This document shows, piece by piece, positions 54,241 through 64,000 of a stretch of 64,000 bases of DNA. The translations under genes and the position numbers were made by a program. Position 1 is the stretch's first letter. The number at the start of each line of letters is the position of its first letter. Origin of the DNA: Eledone cirrhosa (taxonomy: Eukaryota). The notes under the pieces are model-generated. The model was not told the origin of the DNA. It saw only the letters and a list, made by a program, of their open reading frames with translations, and searched no databases. The stretch lies in the NCBI GenBank assembly GCA_964016885.1, contig OZ024741.1:364622001-364686000 (forward strand), in the 5' to 3' direction.

Positions 54241-54392
54241 AATATAAGGATTAAAATACTGGAGCGTGTTGGAGTTAAACACCCTCTTCGTATTATAGAA
54301 ATGACAGTAAAAGGTATAGCTCAATGTAATTAAACAGAGCCGAAGAATTATGAAAACAAAACAAAGAAGCCTTCAATACATCAAAAGTCTTT

Positions 54393-54437
54393 ATTAGCCA
54401 ACAATGTTTCGTCCTATTAAGGACTCATCAGGGCAAT
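54393..54437 (-). ncRNA. Canonical minimal type I hammerhead ribozyme
   Basis: Minus strand: auuGCC-CUGAUGA-GUCC-uuaaua-GGAC-GAAAC-auu-GUU^GGCuaau. The core is perfect and stems I and II pair. Confidence 0.88.
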
Positions 54438-54597
54438 CAAAACCACAAGAAGTACTATCGGCCAATACAAGCCGAAAACTCCGAAGAATATGGAGTGTAC
54501 ATACACTAAAGTATTGGAAGATTATGGGTAAAAATATATAATAAAAATCACTAAGGAGGTGGATAACATTTTGAACCATATTACAAATATAGTCCAA

Positions 54598-54628
<31 letters not shown>

Positions 54629-54944
54629 TAGAGCTAAATAAAGATGGTTATATAGAGCGGGAATTATAGTACTATATATAATACAATATAATATAATATA
54701 ATATACTTGTAACAATATTAAAATTAAAATTAAAATTAAAAGGCACAATATACATATGTATATATGTACGCACACGTACGCACATATACATATACATCAA
54801 TACACATTTCCATCATTAACAGCACAAATTAAACCCTATTAAGAGTTTAAATATAAATAAGCATAATAGGAATAAAAATAATAATAATACGTATATTTAA
54901 TATACAGTATAACATGAAGTAATGAAATGATTAAAAGTAACACA

Positions 54945-55045
54945 TAATATATAATAAACTATATAATATATAATAAACTATATAATATATAATAAACTAT
55001 ATAATATATAATAAACTATATAATATATAATAAACTATATAATTA
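54945..55045. repeat. 19-bp AT-rich tandem repeat (~5 units)
   Basis: AATAAACTATATAATATAT repeated. Confidence 0.85.
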
Positions 55046-55126
55046 TATAATATATAATATAATATAATAGATAATCTCCGGTTAATTTACACAAACAATA
55101 TAGATGTCACAATAATACTATAACAA

Positions 55127-58100
55127 CTGTGTAGATATGACACTGTGGAAATATGACACTGCGTAGGTATGACACTGGGTAGATATGATATTGTATAGAT
55201 ATGACACTGTGTAGATATGACACTGTAGATATGACACTGTGTAGATATGACACTGTGTAGATATGACACTGTGGAGATATGACACTGTGTAGATATGATA
55301 CTCTGTAGATATGACACTGTGGAGATATGACACTGTAGATATGACACTGTGGAGATATGAAACTCTGTAGATATGACACTGTGTAGATATGACACTGTGT
55401 AGATATGACACTGTGTAGATATGACACTGTGGAGATATGACACTCTAGAGATATGACACTGTGTAGGTATGACATTGTGTAGATATGACACTATGCTGAT
55501 ATGACACTGTGGAGATATGACACTGGGTAGATATGACACCGTATAGATGTGACAATGTGTAGATATGACACTGTAGATATGAAACTGTGTAGATATGACA
55601 CTGTAGATATGACACTGTGTAGATATGACACTATGCAGATATGACACTGTGTAGATATGACACTATGCAGATTAGGCACTGTGTAATATGAGATGTGTTG
55701 ATATGATACGGTCTAGGTATGACACTGTGTAGATATGACACTATGCAGATATGACACTGTGTAAATATGACATTGTAGAAATATGACACTGTGTAGATAT
55801 GACACTATGCAGGTATGACACTGTGTAGATATGACCCTATGCAGATATGACACTGTGTAGATATGACACTATGGAGATATGACACTGAGTAGATATACCA
55901 CTGTGTAGATTTGACACTGTAGACATGATACTGTGTAGATATGACACTATGCAGATATGACACTGTGTAGATATGACACTGTGGAAATATGACACTGTGT
56001 AGATATGACACTATGGAGATATGACACTGAGTAGATATACCACTGTGTAGATTTGACACTGTAGACATGATACTGTGTAGATATGACACTATGCAGATAT
56101 GACACTGTGTAGATATGACACTGTAGATATGACACTGTGGAGATATGACACTGTAGATATGACACTATGTAGATAAGGCACTGTGTAGATATGAGATGTG
56201 TAGATATGGTACGGTCTAGGTATGACACTGTGTAGATATGATACTATGCAGATATGACACTGTGTAGATATGACACTGTGGAAATATGACACTGTGTAGT
56301 TATGACACCGTGTAGATAAGATACGGTGTGGATATGACACTGTAGTTATGACACTGTGTAGATATGACACTGTGTAGATATGACACTGTAGATATGAAAC
56401 TGTGTAGATATGACACTGTAGATATGACACTGTGTAGATATGACACTATGCCGATATGACACTGTGTAGGTATGACACTGTGTAGATATGACACTGTGTA
56501 GATATGACACTGTGGAGATATGACACGCTAGAGATATGACACTGTGTAGGTATGACACTGGGTAGATATGACACTATACTGATATGACACTCTGGAGATA
56601 TGACACTGGGTAGATATGACACTGTATAGATGTGTCATTGTGTAGATATGACACTGTAGATATGAAACTGTGTAGATATGACACTGTAGATATGACACTG
56701 TGTAGATATGACACTATGCAGATATGACACTGTGTAGATATGACTCTGTAGATATGACACTGTGGAGATATGACACTGTAGATATGACACTGTGTAGATA
56801 TGACACTATGTAGATTAGGCACTGTGTAATATGAGATGTGTAGATATGATATGGTCTAGGTATGACACTGTGTAGATATGACACTATGCAGATATGACAC
56901 TGTGTAAATATGACATTGTAGAAATATGACACTGTGTAGATATGACACTATGCAGGTATGACACTGTGTAGATATGACCCTATGCAGATATGACACTGTG
57001 TAGATATGACACTGTGGAGATATGACACTGTGTAGATATACCACTGTGTAGATTTGACACTGTAGACATGATACTGTGTAGACATGACGCTATGCAGATA
57101 TGACACTGTGTAGATATGATACTCTGTAGATATGACACTGTGGAGATATGACACTGTAGATATGACACTGTGGAGATATGAAACTGTGTAGATATGACAC
57201 TGTGTAGATATGACACTGTGTAAATATGATACTGTGGAGATATGACACTCTAGAGATATGACATTGTGTAGGTATGACACTGTGTAGATATAACACTATG
57301 CTGATATGACACTGTGGAGATATGACACTGGGTAGATATGACACCGTATAGATGTGACAATGTGTAGATATGACACTGTAGATATGAAACTGTGTAGATA
57401 TGACACTGTAGATATGACACTGTGTAGATAGGACACTATGCAGATATGACACTGTGTAGATATGACACTGTGTAGATATGACACTGTGTAGATATGACAC
57501 TGTGGAGATATGACACTCTAGAGATATGACATTGTGTAGGTATGACACTGTGTAGATATAACACTATGCTGATATGACACTGTGGAGATATGACACTGGG
57601 TAGATATGACACCGTATAGATGTGACAATGTGTAGATATGACACTGTAGATATGAAACTGTGTAGATAGGACACTGTAGATATGACACTGTGTAGATAGG
57701 ACACTATGCAGATATGACACTGTGTAGGTATGACACTGTGTAGATATGACACTATGCTGATATGACACTGTGGCGATATGACACTGGGTAGATATGACAC
57801 TGTATAGATGTGACACTGTGTAGATATGACACTGTAGATATGAAACTGTGTAGATATGACACTGTAGATATGACACTGTGTAGATATGACACCGTATAGA
57901 TGTGACAATGTGTAGATATGACACTGTAGATATGAAACCGTGTAGATAAGACACTGTAGATATGACACTGTGTAGATATGACACAATGCAGATATGACAC
58001 TGTGTAGATATGACTCTGTAGATATGACACTGTGGAGATATGACACTGTAGATATGACACTGTGTAGATAAGACACTTTGTAGATTAGGCACTGTGTAAT

Positions 58101-61100
58101 ATGAGATGTGTAGATATGATACGGTCTAGGTATGGCACTGTGTAGATATGACACTATGCAGATATGACACTGTGTAAATATGACATTGTAGAAATATGAC
58201 ACTGTGTAGATATGACACTATGCAGGTATGACACTGTGTAGATATGACCCTATGCAGATAAGACACTGTGTAGATATGACGCTGTGGAGATATGACACTG
58301 TGTAGATATACCACTGTGTAGATATGACACTGTAGACATGATACTGTGTAGATATGACACTATGCAGATATGACACTGTGTAGATATGATACTCTGTAGA
58401 TATGACACTGTGGAGATATGACACTGTAGATATGACACTGTGGAGATATGAAACTGTGTAGATATAACACTGTGAAGATATGACACTGTGTAAATATGAT
58501 ACTGTGGAGATATGACACTCTAGAGATATGACATTGTGTAGGTATGACACTGTGTAGCTATAACGCTATGCTGATATGACACTGTGGAGATATGACACTG
58601 GGTAGATATGACACCGTATAGATGTGACAATGTGTAGATATGACACTGTAGATATGAAACTGTGTAGATATGACACTGTAGATATGACACTGTGTAGATA
58701 GGACACTATGCAGGTATGACACTGTGTAGATATGACACTGTGTAGATATGACACTGTGTAGATATGACACTGTGGAGACATGACACTCTAGAGATATCAC
58801 ACTGTGTAGGTATGACACTGTGTAGATATGACACTATGCTGATATGACACTGTGGAGATATGACACTTGGTAGATATGACACTGTATAGATGTGACACTG
58901 TGTAGATATGACACTGTAGATATGAAACTGTGTAGATATGACACTGTAGATATGACACTGTGGAGATATGACATTGTAGATATGACACTGTGTAGATATG
59001 ACACTATGTAGATTAGGCACTGTGTAATATGAGATGTGTAGATATGATACGGTCTAGGTATGACACTGTGTAGATATGACACTATGCAGATATGACACTG
59101 TGTAAATATGACATCGTAGAAATATGACACTGTGTAGATATGACACTATGCAGGTATGACACTGTGTAGATATGACCCTATGCAGATATGACACTGTGTA
59201 GATATGACACTGTGGAGATATGACACTGTGTAGATATACCACTGTGTAGATTTGACACTGTAGACATGATACAGTGTAGATATGACACTATGCAGATATG
59301 ACACTGTGTAGATATGAAACTCTGTAGATATGACACTGTGGAGATATGACACTGTAGATATGACACTGTGGAGATATGAAACTGTGTAGATATGACATTG
59401 TGTAGATATGACACTGTGTAGATATGACACTGTGTAGATATGACACTGTGGAGATATGATATTCTAGAGATATGACACTGTGTAGGTATCACACTGTGTA
59501 GATATAACACTATGCTGATATGACACTGTGGAGATATGACACTGGGGAGATATGACACCGTATAGATGTGACAATGTGTAGATATGACACTGTAGATATG
59601 AAACCGTGTAGATAAGACACTGTAGATATGACACTGTGTAGATATGACACTATGCAGATATGACACTGTGGAGATATGACACTGTAGATATGACACTGTG
59701 TAGATATAACACTTTGTAGATTAGGCACTGTGTAATATGAGATGTGTAGATATGATACGGTCTAGGTATGACACTGTGTAGATATGACACTATGCAGATA
59801 TGACACTGTGCAAATATGACATTGTAGAAATATGACACTGTGTAGATATGACACTATGCAGGTATGACACTGTGTAGATATGACACTGTGGAGATATGAC
59901 ACTGTGTAGATATACCACTGTGTAGATTTGACACTGTAGACATGATACTGTGTAGATATGACACTATGCAGATATGACACTTTGTAGATATGACACTGTG
60001 GAAATATGACACTGTGTAGATATGACACTACGCAGGTAAGACACTGTGTAGATATGACACTATGCAAATATGACACTGTGTAGATATGACACTGTGGAGA
60101 TAGGACACTGTGTAGATATGACACTGTGGAGATATGACAGTGTGTGGATATGACACTGTGTAGATATGACACTGTAGATATGACACTGTGGAGATATGAC
60201 ACTAGATATGCCACTGTGTAGATATGACACTATGTAGATAAGGCACTGTGTAGATATGAGATGTGTAGATATGGTACGGTTTAGGTATGACACTGTGTAG
60301 ATATGATACTATGCAGATATTACACTGTGTAGATATGACACTGTGGAAATATGACACTGTGTAGTTATGACACTGTGTAGATATGATACGGTGTGGATAT
60401 GACACTGTAGTTATGACACTGTGTAGATATGACACTGTGTAGATATGATACTGTAGATATGAAACTGTGTAGATATGACACTGTAGATATGACACTGTGT
60501 AGATATGACACTATGCAGTTATGACACTATGCAAATATGACACTGTGTAGATATGACACTGTGTAGATATGACACTGTGTAGATATGACACTGTGTAGAT
60601 ATGACACTGTGGAGATATGACACTCTAGAGATATGACACTGTGTAGATATGACACTATGCTGATATGATACTGTGGAGATATGACACTGGGTAGATATGA
60701 CACTGTATAGATGTGACACTGTGTAGATATGACACTGTAGATATGACACTGTGGAGATATGACACGGTAGATATGACACTGTGTATATATGACACTATGT
60801 AGATTAGGCACTGTGTAATATGAGATGTTTTGATATGATACGGTCTAGGTATGATACTGTGTAGATATGACACTATGTAGATATGACACTGTGTAAATAT
60901 GACATTGTAGAAATATGACACTGTGTAGATATGACACTATGCAGATATGACACTGTGTAGATTTGACACTGTAGACATGATACTGTGTAGATATGACACT
61001 ATGCAGATATGACACTGTGTAGCTATGACACTGTGGAAACATGACACTGTGTAGATATGACACTATGCAAATATGACACTGTGTAGATATGAAACTATGC

Positions 61101-64000
61101 AAATATGACACTGTGTAGATATGACACTGTGGAGATATGAGACTGTGTAGATATGACACTGTGGAGATATGACAGTGTAGATATGACACTGATTAGATAT
61201 GACACTCTGGAGATATGACACTGTGTAGATATGACACTATGCTGATATGACACTGTGTAGATATGACACTGTAGATATGACACTGTGGAGATATGACACA
61301 GTAGATATGACACTGTGTAGATATGACACTGTGGAGATATGACACTGTGTAGATATACCACTGTGTAGATTTGACACTGTAGACATGATACAGTGTAGAT
61401 ATGACACTATGCAGATATGACACTGTGTAGATATGAAACTCTGTAGATATGACACTGTGGAGATATGACACTGTAGATATGACACTGTGGAGATATGAAA
61501 CTGTGTAGATATGACATTGTGTAGATATGACACTGTGTAGATATGACACTGTGTAGATATGACACTGTGGAGATATGATATTCTAGAGATATGACACTGT
61601 GTAGGTATCACACTGTGTAGATATAACACTATGCTGATATGACACTGTGGAGATATGACACTGGGGAGATATGACACCGTATAGATGTGACAATGTGTAG
61701 ATATGACACTGTAGATATGAAACCGTGTAGATAAGACACTGTAGATATGACACTGTGTAGATATGACACTATGCAGATATGACACTGTGGAGATATGACA
61801 CTGTAGATATGACACTGTGTAGATATGACACTTTGTAGATTAGGCACTGTGTAATATGAGATGTGTAGATATGATACGGTCTAGGTATGACACTGTGTAG
61901 ATATGACACTATGCAGATATGACACTGTGCAAATATGACATTGTAGAAATATGACACTGTGTAGATATGACACTATGCAGGTATGACACTGTGTAGATAT
62001 GACACTGTGGAGATATGACACTGTGTAGATATACCACTGTGTAGATTTGACACTGTAGACATGATACTGTGTAGATATGACACTATGCAGATATGACACT
62101 TTGTAGATATGACACTGGAAATATGACACTGTGTAGATATGACACTACGCAGGTAAGACACTGTGTAGATATGACACTATGCAAATATGACACTGTGTAG
62201 ATATGACACTGTGGAGATAGGACACTGTGTAGATATGACACTGTGGAGATATGACAGTGTGTGGATATGACACTGTGTAGATATGACACTGTAGATATGA
62301 CACTGTGGAGATATGACACTAGATATGCCACTGTGTAGATATGACACTATGTAGATAAGGCACTGTGTAGATATGAGATGTGTAGATATGGTAAGGTTTA
62401 GGTATGACACTGTGTAGATATGATACTATGCAGATATTACACTGTGTAGATATGACACTGTGGAAATATGACACTGTGTAGTTATGACACTGTGTAGATA
62501 TGATACGGTGTGGATATGACACTGTAGTTATGACACTGTGTAGATATGACACTGTATAGATATGATACTGTAGATATGAAACTGTGTAGATATGACACTG
62601 TAGATATGACACTCTGTAGATATGACACTATGCAGTTATGACACTATGCAAATATGACACTGTGTAGATATGACACTGTGTAGATATGACACTGTGTAGA
62701 TATGACACTGTGTAGATATGACACTGTGGAGATATGACACTCTAGAGATATGACACTGTGTAGATATGACACTATGCTGATATGATACTGTGGAGATATG
62801 ACACTGGGTAGATATGACACTGTATAGATGTGACACTGTGTAGATATGACACTGTAGATATGAAACTGTGTAGATATGACACTATGTAGATAAGGCACTG
62901 TGTAGATATGAGATGTGTAGATATGGTACGGTTTAGGTATGACACTGTGTAGATATGATACTATGCAGATATTACACTGTGTAGATATGACACTGTGGAA
63001 ATATGACACTGTGTAGTTATGACACTGTGTAGATATGATACGGTGTGGATATGACACTGTAGTTATGACACTGTGTAGATATGACACTGTGTAGATATGA
63101 TACTGTAGATATGAAACTGTGTAGATATGACACTGTAGATATGACACTGTGTAGATATGACACTATGCAGTTATGACACTATGCAAATATGACACTGTGT
63201 AGATGTGACACTGTGTAGATATGACACTGTGTAGATATGACACTGTGTAGATATGACACTGTGGAGATATGACACTCTAGAGATATGACACTGTGTAGAT
63301 ATGACACTATGCTGATATGATACTGTGGAGATATGACACTGGGTAGATATGACACTGTATAGATGTGACACTGTGTAGATATGACACTGTAGATATGACA
63401 CTGTGGAGATATGACACGGTAGATATGACACTGTGTATATATGACACTATGTAGATTAGGCACTGTGTAATATGAGATGTTTTGATATGATACGGTCTAG
63501 GTATGATACTGTGTAGATATGACACTATGTAGATATGACACTGTGTAAATATGACATTGTAGAAATATGACACTGTGTAGATATGACACTATGCAGATAT
63601 GACACTGTGTAGATTTGACACTGTAGACATGATACTGTGTAGATATGACACTATGCAGATATGACACTGTGTAGCTATGACACTGTGGAAACATGACACT
63701 GTGTAGATATGACACTATGCAAATATGACACTGTGTAGATATGAAACTATGCAAATATGACACTGTGTAGATATGACACTGTGGAGATATGAGACTGTGT
63801 AGATATGACACTGTGGAGATATGACAGTGTAGATATGACACTGATTAGATATGACACTCTGGAGATATGACACTGTGTAGATATGACACTATGCTGATAT
63901 GACACTGTGTAGATATGACACTGTAGATATGACACTGTGGAGATATGACACAGTAGATATGACACTGTGTAGATATGACACTGTGGAGATATGACACTGT
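55127..64000. repeat. Satellite of 16-bp (ATATGACACTGTGTAG) and 14-bp variants with higher-order repeats; runs off the window
   Basis: Direct inspection. Identical or near-identical translated blocks recur at offsets 2117-2119 and 2652. Confidence 0.97.

Noticed and set aside
55087-63965. Dozens of SYLHSVISTQCHI ORFs resembling His/Cys zinc-finger repeats
   Set aside because: Produced by a 16/14-bp satellite whose period is not a multiple of three; all frames give the same peptides.

Overview
AT-rich eukaryotic (animal) genomic DNA with no recognisable host protein-coding exon. The SINE families, (TA)n/(CA)n/(TATG)n microsatellite load and repeat types suggest an octopod cephalopod (inference). 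Coding remnants are all transposon-derived: a 5'-truncated Penelope-like element (RT + GIY-YIG, CxC-x5-C-x5-C linker, Naiad-type) at 31064-34420 (-), three RTE-clade LINE relics, CRE endonuclease fragments, a Chapaev3-type transposon with TAA TSD and a mariner-like relic. There are many tRNA-derived SINEs and hAT/piggyBac/pogo/mariner MITEs, a 39-bp minisatellite grown out of a (TTG)n tract, and an ~9-kb 16/14-bp satellite with higher-order structure at the right end. The most notable signal is a set of type-I hammerhead ribozyme motifs from at least five sequence families, found by eye. Several have non-canonical cores (U3-A8 swap, U4A). They sit in fold-back or partial-tandem, ORF-less units of ~310-540 nt beside (TA)n tracts, consistent with a retrozyme-like system mobilised by Penelope-like elements. 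All folds and alignments were done manually and need computational confirmation.
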